A stretch of 64,000 nucleotides of DNA, taken from the NCBI GenBank assembly GCA_964019425.1, contig OZ025804.1, forward strand, positions 1-64,000, given 5' to 3'. Below are positions 1 to 12,482 of this stretch, piece after piece. Under the pieces are notes generated by a model. It saw only the letters and a program-made list of their open reading frames with translations. It had not been told where the DNA came from and did not search any database. This DNA is from Flectonema sp. DT1601. Its lineage: Eukaryota. A program made the position numbers and the translations under genes. How positions within the stretch are numbered: position 1 is the first letter of the stretch; each line of letters starts with the position of its first letter.

Positions 1-3000
1 GGTTTGCGGGTTTGCGGGTTTGCGGGTTTGCGGGTTTGCGGGTTTGCGGGTTTGCGGGTTTGCGGGTTTGCGGGTTTGCGGGTTTGCGGGTTTGCGGGTT
101 TGCGGGTTTGCGGGTTTGCGGGTTTGCGGGTTTGCGGGTTTGCGGGTTTGCGGGTTTGCGGGTTTGCGGGTTTGCGGGTTTGCGGGTTTGCGGGTTTGCG
201 GGTTTGCGGGTTTGCGGGTTTGCGGGTTTGCGGGTTTGCGGGTTTGCGGGTTTGCGGGTTTGCGGGTTTGCGGGTTTGCGGGTTTGCGGGTTTGCGGGTT
301 TGCGGGTTTGCGGGTTTGCGGGTTTGCGGGTTTGCGGGTTTGCGGGTTTGCGGGTTTGCGGGTTTGCGGGTTTGCGGGTTTGCGGGTTTGCGGGTTTGCG
401 GGTTTGCGGGTTTGCGGGTTTGCGGGTTTGCGGGTTTGCGGGTTTGCGGGTTTGCGGGTTTGCGGGTTTGCGGGTTTGCGGGTTTGCGGGTTTGCGGGTT
501 TGCGGGTTTGCGGGTTTGCGGGTTTGCGGGTTTGCGGGTTTGCGGGTTTGCGGGTTTGCGGGTTTGCGGGTTTGCGGGTTTGCGGGTTTGCGGGTTTGCG
601 GGTTTGCGGGTTTGCGGGTTTGCGGGTTTGCGGGTTTGCGGGTTTGCGGGTTTGCGGGTTTGCGGGTTTGCGGGTTTGCGGGTTTGCGGGTTTGCGGGTT
701 TGCGGGTTTGCGGGTTTGCGGGTTTGCGGGTTTGCGGGTTTGCGGGTTTGCGGGTTTGCGGGTTTGCGGGTTTGCGGGTTTGCGGGTTTGCGGGTTTGCG
801 GGTTTGCGGGTTTGCGGGTTTGCGGGTTTGCGGGTTTGCGGGTTTGCGGGTTTGCGGGTTTGCGGGTTTGCGGGTTTGCGGGTTTGCGGGTTTGCGGGTT
901 TGCGGGTTTGCGGGTTTGCGGGTTTGCGGGTTTGCGGGTTTGCGGGTTTGCGGGTTTGCGGGTTTGCGGGTTTGCGGGTTTGCGGGTTTGCGGGTTTGCG
1001 GGTTTGCGGGTTTGCGGGTTTGCGGGTTTGCGGGTTTGCGGGTTTGCGGGTTTGCGGGTTTGCGGGTTTGCGGGTTTGCGGGTTTGCGGGTTTGCGGGTT
1101 TGCGGGTTTGCGGGTTTGCGGGTTTGCGGGTTTGCGGGTTTGCGGGTTTGCGGGTTTGCGGGTTTGCGGGTTTGCGGGTTTGCGGGTTTGCGGGTTTGCG
1201 GGTTTGCGGGTTTGCGGGTTTGCGGGTTTGCGGGTTTGCGGGTTTGCGGGTTTGCGGGTTTGCGGGTTTGCGGGTTTGCGGGTTTGCGGGTTTGCGGGTT
1301 TGCGGGTTTGCGGGTTTGCGGGTTTGCGGGTTTGCGGGTTTGCGGGTTTGCGGGTTTGCGGGTTTGCGGGTTTGCGGGTTTGCGGGTTTGCGGGTTTGCG
1401 GGTTTGCGGGTTTGCGGGTTTGCGGGTTTGCGGGTTTGCGGGTTTGCGGGTTTGCGGGTTTGCGGGTTTGCGGGTTTGCGGGTTTGCGGGTTTGCGGGTT
1501 TGCGGGTTTGCGGGTTTGCGGGTTTGCGGGTTTGCGGGTTTGCGGGTTTGCGGGTTTGCGGGTTTGCGGGTTTGCGGCGGTTTGCGGGTTTGCGGGTTTG
1601 CGGGTTTGCGGGTTTGCGGGTTTGCGGGTTTGCGGGTTTGCGGGTTTGCGGGTTTGCGGGTTTGCGGGTTTGCGGGTTTGCGGGTTTGCGGGTTTGCGGG
1701 TTTGCGGGTTTGCGGGTTTGCGGGTTTGCGGGTTTGCGGGTTTGCGGGTTTGCGGGTTTGCGGGTTTGCGGGTTTGCGGGTTTGCGGGTTTGCGGGTTTG
1801 CGGGTTTGCGGGTTTGCGGGTTTGCGGGTTTGCGGGTTTGCGGGTTTGCGGGTTTGCGGGTTTGCGGGTTTGCGGGTTTGCGGGTTTGCGGGTTTGCGGG
1901 TTTGCGGGTTTGCGGGTTTGCGGGTTTGCGGGTTTGCGGGTTTGCGGGTTTGCGGGTTTGCGGGTTTGCGGGTTTGCGGGTTTGCGGGTTTGCGGGTTTG
2001 CGGGTTTGCGGGTTTGCGGGTTTGCGGGTTTGCGGGTTTGCGGGTTTGCGGGTTTGCGGGTTTGCGGGTTTGCGGGTTTGCGGGTTTGCGGGTTTGCGGG
2101 TTTGCGGGTTTGCGGGTTTGCGGGTTTGCGGGTTTGCGGGTTTGCGGGTTTGCGGGTTTGCGGGTTTGCGGGTTTGCGGGTTTGCGGGTTTGCGGGTTTG
2201 CGGGTTTGCGGGTTTGCGGGTTTGCGGGTTTGCGGGTTTGCGGGTTTGCGGGTTTGCGGGTTTGCGGGTTTGCGGGTTTGCGGGTTTGCGGGTTTGCGGG
2301 TTTGCGGGTTTGCGGGTTTGCGGGTTTGCGGGTTTGCGGGTTTGCGGGTTTGCGGGTTTGCGGGTTTGCGGGTTTGCGGGTTTGCGGGTTTGCGGGTTTG
2401 CGGGTTTGCGGGTTTGCGGGTTTGCGGGTTTGCGGGTTTGCGGGTTTGCGGGTTTGCGGGTTTGCGGGTTTGCGGGTTTGCGGGTTTGCGGGTTTGCGGG
2501 TTTGCGGGTTTGCGGGTTTGCGGGTTTGCGGGTTTGCGGGTTTGCGGGTTTGCGGGTTTGCGGGTTTGCGGGTTTGCGGGTTTGCGGGTTTGCGGGTTTG
2601 CGGGTTTGCGGGTTTGCGGGTTTGCGGGTTTGCGGGTTTGCGGGTTTGCGGGTTTGCGGGTTTGCGGGTTTGCGGGTTTGCGGGTTTGCGGGTTTGCGGG
2701 TTTGCGGGTTTGCGGGTTTGCGGGTTTGCGGGTTTGCGGGTTTGCGGGTTTGCGGGTTTGCGGGTTTGCGGGTTTGCGGGTTTGCGGGTTTGCGGGTTTG
2801 CGGGTTTGCGGGTTTGCGGGTTTGCGGGTTTGCGGGTTTGCGGGTTTGCGGGTTTGCGGGTTTGCGGGTTTGCGGGTTTGCGGGTTTGCGGGTTTGCGGG
2901 TTTGCGGGTTTGCGGGTTTGCGGGTTTGCGGGTTTGCGGGTTTGCGGGTTTGCGGGTTTGCGGGTTTGCGGGTTTGCGGGTTTGCGGGTTTGCGGGTTTG

Positions 3001-6000
3001 CGGGTTTGCGGGTTTGCGGGTTTGCGGGTTTGCGGGTTTGCGGGTTTGCGGGTTTGCGGGTTTGCGGGTTTGCGGGTTTGCGGGTTTGCGGGTTTGCGGG
3101 TTTGCGGGTTTGCGGGTTTGCGGGTTTGCGGGTTTGCGGGTTTGCGGGTTTGCGGGTTTGCGGGTTTGCGGGTTTGCGGGTTTGCGGGTTTGCGGGTTTG
3201 CGGGTTTGCGGGTTTGCGGGTTTGCGGGTTTGCGGGTTTGCGGGTTTGCGGGTTTGCGGGTTTGCGGGTTTGCGGGTTTGCGGGTTTGCGGGTTTGCGGG
3301 TTTGCGGGTTTGCGGGTTTGCGGGTTTGCGGGTTTGCGGGTTTGCGGGTTTGCGGGTTTGCGGGTTTGCGGGTTTGCGGGTTTGCGGGTTTGCGGGTTTG
3401 CGGGTTTGCGGGTTTGCGGGTTTGCGGGTTTGCGGGTTTGCGGGTTTGCGGGTTTGCGGGTTTGCGGGTTTGCGGGTTTGCGGGTTTGCGGGTTTGCGGG
3501 TTTGCGGGTTTGCGGGTTTGCGGGTTTGCGGGTTTGCGGGTTTGCGGGTTTGCGGGTTTGCGGGTTTGCGGGTTTGCGGGTTTGCGGGTTTGCGGGTTTG
3601 CGGGTTTGCGGGTTTGCGGGTTTGCGGGTTTGCGGGTTTGCGGGTTTGCGGGTTTGCGGGTTTGCGGGTTTGCGGGTTTGCGGGTTTGCGGGTTTGCGGG
3701 TTTGCGGGTTTGCGGGTTTGCGGGTTTGCGGGTTTGCGGGTTTGCGGGTTTGCGGGTTTGCGGGTTTGCGGGTTTGCGGGTTTGCGGGTTTGCGGGTTTG
3801 CGGGTTTGCGGGTTTGCGGGTTTGCGGGTTTGCGGGTTTGCGGGTTTGCGGGTTTGCGGGTTTGCGGGTTTGCGGGTTTGCGGGTTTGCGGGTTTGCGGG
3901 TTTGCGGGTTTGCGGGTTTGCGGGTTTGCGGGTTTGCGGGTTTGCGGGTTTGCGGGTTTGCGGGTTTGCGGGTTTGCGGGTTTGCGGGTTTGCGGGTTTG
4001 CGGGTTTGCGGGTTTGCGGGTTTGCGGGTTTGCGGGTTTGCGGGTTTGCGGGTTTGCGGGTTTGCGGGTTTGCGGGTTTGCGGGTTTGCGGGTTTGCGGG
4101 TTTGCGGGTTTGCGGGTTTGCGGGTTTGCGGGTTTGCGGGTTTGCGGGTTTGCGGGTTTGCGGGTTTGCGGGTTTGCGGGTTTGCGGGTTTGCGGGTTTG
4201 CGGGTTTGCGGGTTTGCGGGTTTGCGGGTTTGCGGGTTTGCGGGTTTGCGGGTTTGCGGGTTTGCGGGTTTGCGGGTTTGCGGGTTTGCGGGTTTGCGGG
4301 TTTGCGGGTTTGCGGGTTTGCGGGTTTGCGGGTTTGCGGGTTTGCGGGTTTGCGGGTTTGCGGGTTTGCGGGTTTGCGGGTTTGCGGGTTTGCGGGTTTG
4401 CGGGTTTGCGGGTTTGCGGGTTTGCGGGTTTGCGGGTTTGCGGGTTTGCGGGTTTGCGGGTTTGCGGGTTTGCGGGTTTGCGGGTTTGCGGGTTTGCGGG
4501 TTTGCGGGTTTGCGGGTTTGCGGGTTTGCGGGTTTGCGGGTTTGCGGGTTTGCGGGTTTGCGGGTTTGCGGGTTTGCGGGTTTGCGGGTTTGCGGGTTTG
4601 CGGGTTTGCGGGTTTGCGGGTTTGCGGGTTTGCGGGTTTGCGGGTTTGCGGGTTTGCGGGTTTGCGGGTTTGCGGGTTTGCGGGTTTGCGGGTTTGCGGG
4701 TTTGCGGGTTTGCGGGTTTGCGGGTTTGCGGGTTTGCGGGTTTGCGGGTTTGCGGGTTTGCGGGTTTGCGGGTTTGCGGGTTTGCGGGTTTGCGGGTTTG
4801 CGGGTTTGCGGGTTTGCGGGTTTGCGGGTTTGCGGGTTTGCGGGTTTGCGGGTTTGCGGGTTTGCGGGTTTGCGGGTTTGCGGGTTTGCGGGTTTGCGGG
4901 TTTGCGGGTTTGCGGGTTTGCGGGTTTGCGGGTTTGCGGGTTTGCGGGTTTGCGGGTTTGCGGGTTTGCGGGTTTGCGGGTTTGCGGGTTTGCGGGTTTG
5001 CGGGTTTGCGGGTTTGCGGGTTTGCGGGTTTGCGGGTTTGCGGGTTTGCGGGTTTGCGGGTTTGCGGGTTTGCGGGTTTGCGGGTTTGCGGGTTTGCGGG
5101 TTTGCGGGTTTGCGGGTTTGCGGGTTTGCGGGTTTGCGGGTTTGCGGGTTTGCGGGTTTGCGGGTTTGCGGGTTTGCGGGTTTGCGGGTTTGCGGGTTTG
5201 CGGGTTTGCGGGTTTGCGGGTTTGCGGGTTTGCGGGTTTGCGGGTTTGCGGGTTTGCGGGTTTGCGGGTTTGCGGGTTTGCGGGTTTGCGGGTTTGCGGG
5301 TTTGCGGGTTTGCGGGTTTGCGGGTTTGCGGGTTTGCGGGTTTGCGGGTTTGCGGGTTTGCGGGTTTGCGGGTTTGCGGGTTTGCGGGTTTGCGGGTTTG
5401 CGGGTTTGCGGGTTTGCGGGTTTGCGGGTTTGCGGGTTTGCGGGTTTGCGGGTTTGCGGGTTTGCGGGTTTGCGGGTTTGCGGGTTTGCGGGTTTGCGGG
5501 TTTGCGGGTTTGCGGGTTTGCGGGTTTGCGGGTTTGCGGGTTTGCGGGTTTGCGGGTTTGCGGGTTTGCGGGTTTGCGGGTTTGCGGGTTTGCGGGTTTG
5601 CGGGTTTGCGGGTTTGCGGGTTTGCGGGTTTGCGGGTTTGCGGGTTTGCGGGTTTGCGGGTTTGCGGGTTTGCGGGTTTGCGGGTTTGCGGGTTTGCGGG
5701 TTTGCGGGTTTGCGGGTTTGCGGGTTTGCGGGTTTGCGGGTTTGCGGGTTTGCGGGTTTGCGGGTTTGCGGGTTTGCGGGTTTGCGGGTTTGCGGGTTTG
5801 CGGGTTTGCGGGTTTGCGGGTTTGCGGGTTTGCGGGTTTGCGGGTTTGCGGGTTTGCGGGTTTGCGGGTTTGCGGGTTTGCGGGTTTGCGGGTTTGCGGG
5901 TTTGCGGGTTTGCGGGTTTGCGGGTTTGCGGGTTTGCGGGTTTGCGGGTTTGCGGGTTTGCGGGTTTGCGGGTTTGCGGGTTTGCGGGTTTGCGGGTTTG

Positions 6001-7754
6001 CGGGTTTGCGGGTTTGCGGGTTTGCGGGTTTGCGGGTTTGCGGGTTTGCGGGTTTGCGGGTTTGCGGGTTTGCGGGTTTGCGGGTTTGCGGGTTTGCGGG
6101 TTTGCGGGTTTGCGGGTTTGCGGGTTTGCGGGTTTGCGGGTTTGCGGGTTTGCGGGTTTGCGGGTTTGCGGGTTTGCGGGTTTGCGGGTTTGCGGGTTTG
6201 CGGGTTTGCGGGTTTGCGGGTTTGCGGGTTTGCGGGTTTGCGGGTTTGCGGGTTTGCGGGTTTGCGGGTTTGCGGGTTTGCGGGTTTGCGGGTTTGCGGG
6301 TTTGCGGGTTTGCGGGTTTGCGGGTTTGCGGGTTTGCGGGTTTGCGGGTTTGCGGGTTTGCGGGTTTGCGGGTTTGCGGGTTTGCGGGTTTGCGGGTTTG
6401 CGGGTTTGCGGGTTTGCGGGTTTGCGGGTTTGCGGGTTTGCGGGTTTGCGGGTTTGCGGGTTTGCGGGTTTGCGGGTTTGCGGGTTTGCGGGTTTGCGGG
6501 TTTGCGGGTTTGCGGGTTTGCGGGTTTGCGGGTTTGCGGGTTTGCGGGTTTGCGGGTTTGCGGGTTTGCGGGTTTGCGGGTTTGCGGGTTTGCGGGTTTG
6601 CGGGTTTGCGGGTTTGCGGGTTTGCGGGTTTGCGGGTTTGCGGGTTTGCGGGTTTGCGGGTTTGCGGGTTTGCGGGTTTGCGGGTTTGCGGGTTTGCGGG
6701 TTTGCGGGTTTGCGGGTTTGCGGGTTTGCGGGTTTGCGGGTTTGCGGGTTTGCGGGTTTGCGGGTTTGCGGGTTTGCGGGTTTGCGGGTTTGCGGGTTTG
6801 CGGGTTTGCGGGTTTGCGGGTTTGCGGGTTTGCGGGTTTGCGGGTTTGCGGGTTTGCGGGTTTGCGGGTTTGCGGGTTTGCGGGTTTGCGGGTTTGCGGG
6901 TTTGCGGGTTTGCGGGTTTGCGGGTTTGCGGGTTTGCGGGTTTGCGGGTTTGCGGGTTTGCGGGTTTGCGGGTTTGCGGGTTTGCGGGTTTGCGGGTTTG
7001 CGGGTTTGCGGGTTTGCGGGTTTGCGGGTTTGCGGGTTTGCGGGTTTGCGGGTTTGCGGGTTTGCGGGTTTGCGGGTTTGCGGGTTTGCGGGTTTGCGGG
7101 TTTGCGGGTTTGCGGGTTTGCGGGTTTGCGGGTTTGCGGGTTTGCGGGTTTGCGGGTTTGCGGGTTTGCGGGTTTGCGGGTTTGCGGGTTTGCGGGTTTG
7201 CGGGTTTGCGGGTTTGCGGGTTTGCGGGTTTGCGGGTTTGCGGGTTTGCGGGTTTGCGGGTTTGCGGGTTTGCGGGTTTGTGGGTTTGCGGGTTTGCGGG
7301 TTTGCGGGTTTGCGGGTTTGCGGGTTTGCGGGTTTGCGGGTTTGCGGGTTTGCGGGTTTGCGGGTTTGCGGGTTTGCGGGTTTGCGGGTTTGCGGGTTTG
7401 CGGGTTTGCGGGTTTGCGGGTTTGCGGGTTTGCGGGTTTGCGGGTTTGCGGGTTTGCGGGTTTGCGGGTTTGCGGGTTTGCGGGTTTGCGGGTTTGCGGG
7501 TTTGCGGGTTTGCGGGTTTGCGGGTTTGCGGGTTTGCGGGTTTGCGGGTTTGCGGGTTTGCGGGTTTGCGGGTTTGCGGGTTTGCGGGTTTGCGGGTTTG
7601 CGGGTTTGCGGGTTTGCGGGTTTGCGGGTTTGCGGGTTTGCGGGTTTGCGGGTTTGCGGGTTTGCGGGTTTGCGGGTTTGCGGGTTTGCGGGTTTGCGGG
7701 TTTGCGGGTTTGCGGGTTTGCGGGTTTGCGGGTTTGCGGGTTTGCGGGTTTGCG
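1..7754 (+). repeat. Tandem array of the 8-mer TTTGCGGG (~969 units), telomere-like; extends to or beyond the window start
   Basis: Direct reading. Only two irregularities seen: gcggcgg near 1575-1580 and a C>T at 7281. The array ends ...TTTGCG|AGTTATC. Confidence 0.99.
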
Positions 7755-7777
7755 AGTTATCAGCGGCACCGACGGTG

Positions 7778-8770
7778 ATGTCCGAGACGGAGTTGGCAAG
7801 GCAGTGTGTGGCCTTGGTGAATCAGTTAGTGGTGTTTGAGGCGCGAACGAAGACGGACACAGATGCGCCGTACCTGTTGTACGCAGGGATGTTAGTGGAG
7901 TTCGAAGACTCATATGCGATAAATTTTTCGTCGGCCTTTAATTATTTAGAAGGCATAAGCACATAGAGTGGGGAAGAGAAAAAATCAGCATTTCTACCTC
8001 CAATGATGGCTGTACAACGTTTGGTAAGTGCTTCAGTCTTTCAAACTGAGCGAGCGAAGGATTTGTTGGGCCGGAAGGACGCGCAGCTGCGTGCACAAAG
8101 GGAGAAGGTGAGTGAGCTGGAAAACAATGTGAAGGGATTGCAAGAAATGGTACAGCAGCTGCTAAACAAGCCGGATGAAGAAATGTTAAATCATCAATCG
8201 TCTTCTCAACTGAGGTATCAGCATCAAGTTTTAAACTCAACTGTGTCAAGTCAAAACCAACCAATGTACCATCATCAGAATCAGAACCAGGAATTTGACT
8301 ACACTCAAATAGGAAGGGAAGCGACAGATGCTTACAGCATCACGGAGAAGTGTTTCCGGGACGCAGTCACACAGAGAGGCCCGCTCGAAGTTGCCAGGGA
8401 TTTTGAGATAGTAATGGTGGCCGGATATGAGCAGAGATACGGGGGGAATGATCTCCGTAAGTGTTTTGTAGCTTTTAGACGATGGTTAGCCTCAGCATGC
8501 TCAGTACAGGACTGGAACACAAACCCGGAGCTAGTGGCACTTGGAGATCATCTGCTGAAGGAACTAAAGTTGAAGCACACAGCAGTCAGAAGAGGAGTTG
8601 GACAGTATACCTTACAACAGCAGATGATGGCACAATCAGAGGATCCTTATGAGAAGGCAGCGATAGCTATCGAGAGGAGGAACGCAACGAGCAGAAAAGG
8701 CAAAGGAAGGAAAGGCGGTTTTAAGGGAGGATACAAGGGTCAGGGAAATGGACAGACCGGGAGGCAGTGA
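7778..8770 (+). pseudogene. Gag-like ORF1 of the YR element (coiled coil, basic Gly/Lys/Arg-rich C-terminus), with one in-frame TAG at 7964-7966
   Basis: The MSETELARQ... frame continues in frame through the TAG into the 8003-8770 ORF. It lies immediately upstream of YR. Confidence 0.65.
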
Positions 8771-8797
8771 CTGGCACCTTCTAGTCAAAGAGTAAGT

Positions 8798-10156
8798 ATG
8801 CCAGTAGCGACAATGTACGAAGCTTTCAAGAGACAACAACAGTCAGTCGGTTCAACAAGCGTCGCAATTTCAACTCATCGATTCACCCCGTACAACGCAC
8901 AATCAATAGAACGCACGACTATACTCGACAACTCAGGAATGACAATTTTAAATTCAAACACGATGCAAGTTGCAACACGAACAACCAGCCTGGCGATATC
9001 AAGTCCAACTCACGTTTCTATTCCGAATCACATTCGAAGGCCAACTCCAAACATGTCACCTCATCGAAAAAGTATCGACGATCCAGATTCGGACCCAAGA
9101 CCTCTGCCGTGCAGCGCAGCTGTCCAGGCGTCACATTCGGGCAACGAGAATTTTCTACTGGATGGCGAAGCCGAGCTTCAGACCGCAGAAACATCAACCC
9201 TAGGAACGCTGGAAGGAGATGTAATAAAAAGAGCAGTCTTAAATATTTTGCAACAGAGTGTCAAGAAAAAGAAGCAATCGGAGGACGAAGTGGACCCGGA
9301 CGAGGCCGAGGAGAGGATTCAAGGCCTGGTCGAGAAGACTTGGGCGAAGCCAACAACGGTTGCAAGAAGAGCACTGTGGGACAGGTTGAACAGGTGGATC
9401 CAATTGAACGACCTTCCCTTGAACGCAAACTCGGCAGTTCTGTTTGTGGCGGCAACAGGAGCGGCCCCATCTGCCCTCCTTACGTATTCAAAGCACCTGT
9501 CAGCGATGATGGGGAAGCTGGGAATGGAGACAAGCCCGTTATCAATAATGGGTACTTCGTTGAGAGCCGCTGGTGCCGAGATTCCAAGCAGGCAGGCAGA
9601 ACCGATGGCGAAGGAAGATTTGGTGAAGTGGGCCAAGACACAAAAAGTGAATGTCCGGTTGGCACTCATGATCTGCTGGAAGACCGCGTCCCGGTGGGGA
9701 GAGGTGGCGACCCTGTCAAGCGAGCAGGTGAATGTGATAAGCAGAAACGAGGTGATTGTCGACTGGGCAACGAACCCCAAGGGCAGAAAGCGGAATCCGT
9801 TCTACCCTGGAAGGTGGGCAGTTATCGTGGGAGACCTGGTGGAGGAGATCGCGTCCGACAACATCCAGTTAGGAAAGTACGAAAGACTGACGGAGTGGGA
9901 CACAGCAAAGTTGGTGCAGGAATGGAGAAGGGAGAAGTACATGAAGAAGTACTCGGCGCACTCCATCAAGCGAGGGGCGATAAGTCGCCTGTTCGAACAG
10001 TTGGCGAGCGGAGAGGATATCAGGGAGGAATTAATAAGCCGCCTCGCGAAGCACAGCACAACCGCCGCCCTCTCGAACACAACGACCCGGTACGGAGGAA
10101 ACCCAGTGGCATTGGCCCGGGCATTGCGAACATCGGAGGTGACGATTCACCTCTGA
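8798..10156 (+). CDS. Tyrosine recombinase of the retroelement
   Basis: Catalytic R (ASRWGEV), HxxR (HSIKRGA), H (LAKH) and Y (TTRY) in the correct order. Confidence 0.88.
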   Translation: MPVATMYEAFKRQQQSVGSTSVAISTHRFTPYNAQSIERTTILDNSGMTILNSNTMQVATRTTSLAISSPTHVSIPNHIRRPTPNMSPHRKSIDDPDSDPRPLPCSAAVQASHSGNENFLLDGEAELQTAETSTLGTLEGDVIKRAVLNILQQSVKKKKQSEDEVDPDEAEERIQGLVEKTWAKPTTVARRALWDRLNRWIQLNDLPLNANSAVLFVAATGAAPSALLTYSKHLSAMMGKLGMETSPLSIMGTSLRAAGAEIPSRQAEPMAKEDLVKWAKTQKVNVRLALMICWKTASRWGEVATLSSEQVNVISRNEVIVDWATNPKGRKRNPFYPGRWAVIVGDLVEEIASDNIQLGKYERLTEWDTAKLVQEWRREKYMKKYSAHSIKRGAISRLFEQLASGEDIREELISRLAKHSTTAALSNTTTRYGGNPVALARALRTSEVTIHL

Positions 10157-10170
10157 CCTGTATTAGGAAA

Positions 10171-11760
10171 ATGAGGGCGCAGTTTACTCACAGAGGAAAG
10201 AGTACTCGTCTGCCTTCAACAGTTGAGGAGAGGGGCGCGCTGTTGCATGTCTCGAAGATACCGGAGATGAATCTCAGACATGTCAGGTCACGAATGCTAC
10301 CTTCGATAAGGAAGCGTTTTGAACATGTATGGTCACTCACATTTAATTATATCAACAAACAGGAAAAAGAAAGTAGAAAGAAGAAATCAAGGTTTTCAGC
10401 AGACCATGCTAAGAAGCTGGCTGAGTGTCATATTGCCGTTCCTTTTAATTTATCTGAGTCAAGGGCGCATAATGTGCCATTTACTGTTTTCGAAGAAAGA
10501 GAGTCTGGAAATAGACAGAGGTTTATTTTGTGGACAAAAGAAGAGAACGAAAGAATCACAGGGGAGGGGTATGTTCCTTTTGTCCCGTTGAAACACATTT
10601 CGGAATACCTGGGTGCAGTTGACTCAGAGGTTGCATCTCTGAGAGACTTCAAAACTGGTTTTTACCAGGTTGCAATCCCAGAAGAGGCAAGAGGCCTGTT
10701 TGCGTTTCAGGATTCCGAGGGTGCTTCGTATGCCTTGACCAGACTGCCCATGGGGCATGTTTGTGCACCGGAAATAATGAACACCGTGGCTGCTGTGGTA
10801 GCAGGTGACCCGCTTTTTGTCAAGGACAGGTATGCGGAGAAGGATGTTGGGATCCATTGGTGGATCGACAATATCAGGTATTTCGGTGGAAGGGAGAAGG
10901 TGCACAGTGCAACAGAAAGATTGGATAAACTAGCATCTGAATGCAACATTTCTTGGAAACCACAGGATACAGTTAACTGTGGTGGATCTTATGATTTTCT
11001 TGGTGTTTCTTTTTTACATAATGCAAAGGAAGTGGGCTTAGGTGCCAAGATTAGAAGAGGTATTTTCAAGTGTGATTTAAATCGTATGACTGCCTCGAGT
11101 ATCGAGTCAGGGGGAGACTTCTACATGCAAGTGCAATTTCAGGTGTTCCACCTGGGCGTTACTGGTTTGCTTTAAAGTTTCTGAGAAGAGTAACAAACAA
11201 GCTCAACAAGGGCCCTTTACATGTTGAACAGGAAGTGGTTATTCCCCCCTCTGTGAAAAGAGAGTTTTTCAATTGGTGTAAGTCGGTCCAGAAGAAAAGG
11301 ATCATTAAGTTGAATGGGACAAAGAAAAAGAAAGCTGAGGTATTTGTTGATGCCTCGCTCCAAGGGTGGGGCGGGGTTATTGTTTGGGAATCTGGAGAAT
11401 TGGAAATCCTGGGAGGGGCATGGCCATATGGTGAGAGTCGCCACATTAACATTCTTGAAGCTGATGCTCTGGCCAGGACTCTGGATGGAATCAGCCATGC
11501 TGACCACCTGGGACATCTGGGTAGACAATACCTCGGTATGTGGAGCATTCAGGAAGAGAATGTGTGTGTAAGAACGCATGATTTGAACTTTTTTGTTATA
11601 AAAGCAGTGGAGAGAATTTTGTTTTTTAAGTGTTCTTTTTCTTTAAAATGGGTGAGTACGAAGTACAACCCAGCAGATATTCCATCTAGGGAAGCAATAT
11701 CTTCGGCTACCAGGCAGAAGGTGGAACTTGCGCTGGGGGAATTCTTTAACTCGCGGCGGG
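10171..11760 (+). pseudogene. Reverse transcriptase + RNase H, frameshifted near 11110 and twice near 11490-11570
   Basis: RT motifs DFKTGFYQ, RLPMG, WIDN, FLG. RNase H motifs FVDAS..GWG, HINILEA, VDNTS (in another frame), NPADIPSR. Confidence 0.88.
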
Positions 11761-12200
11761 GTGGTGGAGCCGGCAACCCAACAAACAGAACTGGGACCGG
11801 CAGCGGCGTCCAGCCCATCCATGGCGGACCCACCACTGGTGGACCATTGTTTAGTTTATTGATATCACCGAGTGATTTGTTTCTCATGTTTCCTTTCTTC
11901 CAAACAGGTGCCCAAAGGATGCAAGATAATTACTTCACTTTTCTTTCAGTTATTTGCCACTTTGTTACATCTCACAAAAAGCAATCTTTGATTCATTTTT
12001 TTTTGGGTAAAGGGGTCTTTCCTACACAAATAGTTTCAGAACTAACCATTCATTACAAAATCCAAAATGGCTGTAAACTGCCAAGTTCGATCCTGGGCGT
12101 TTTCTTTTTTTCTTGATTTTTTTTTCAGGCTGGACTTTGTACAGGGGAGGTTGGCTTTTATTAGGGGCCCCCCCTGCAGGTTTGCGAAAAAAAAAAGAAA

Positions 12201-12280
12201 TTGCGATATCCCAGGGGTAGTGGTATAACTCTCGCCCCGGGGCTGGGTGATCGCTGGTTCGATCCCCTGCCACTGCAATA
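12201..12280 (+). other. Degenerate tRNA-derived (SINE-head-like) sequence
   Basis: TAGTGGTATAA D-arm-like segment and GGTTCGATCCC B-box/T-loop. Stems pair poorly. Confidence 0.3.
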
Positions 12281-12482
12281 ACCCATCGCGCCCGTACACG
12301 TAATTAGTTCAAATCCCGCACCCGAAGGGCGCAGAAAAATTAGTAAGAAGAAAACAGCAAGGAAAAGGGTACAATTTTGTACCCTGGACGGGTACCTAGC
12401 CAGACACCGGGAATAAAAACAGACATGACTTGGTTGTAAAAATAAGGTTTGTTCAGAAAGATTTAAAAAAAAAAAATTGTGT

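Larger units (their letters stand above)
7755..11800 (+). mobile_element. Tyrosine-recombinase (DIRS-order) retrotransposon with VIPER/TATE-like architecture Gag-YR-RT-RNaseH; decayed, 5' end abutting the array; 3' boundary approximate
   Basis: Gene order Gag, YR, RT/RH with catalytic motifs (see component features). This order is typical of kinetoplastid VIPER/TATE elements. Confidence 0.88.

Noticed and set aside
4..7966. Three ~2600-aa ORFs of (RVCGFAGL)n
   Set aside because: Artefact of a stop-free 8-bp repeat that is open in all frames.
7964..7966. In-frame TAG in Gag as evidence of stop-codon reassignment
   Set aside because: The element has several other disabling mutations, and intact ORFs end in TAG (e.g. 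41144), TAA and TGA. Programmed readthrough cannot be excluded without other copies.
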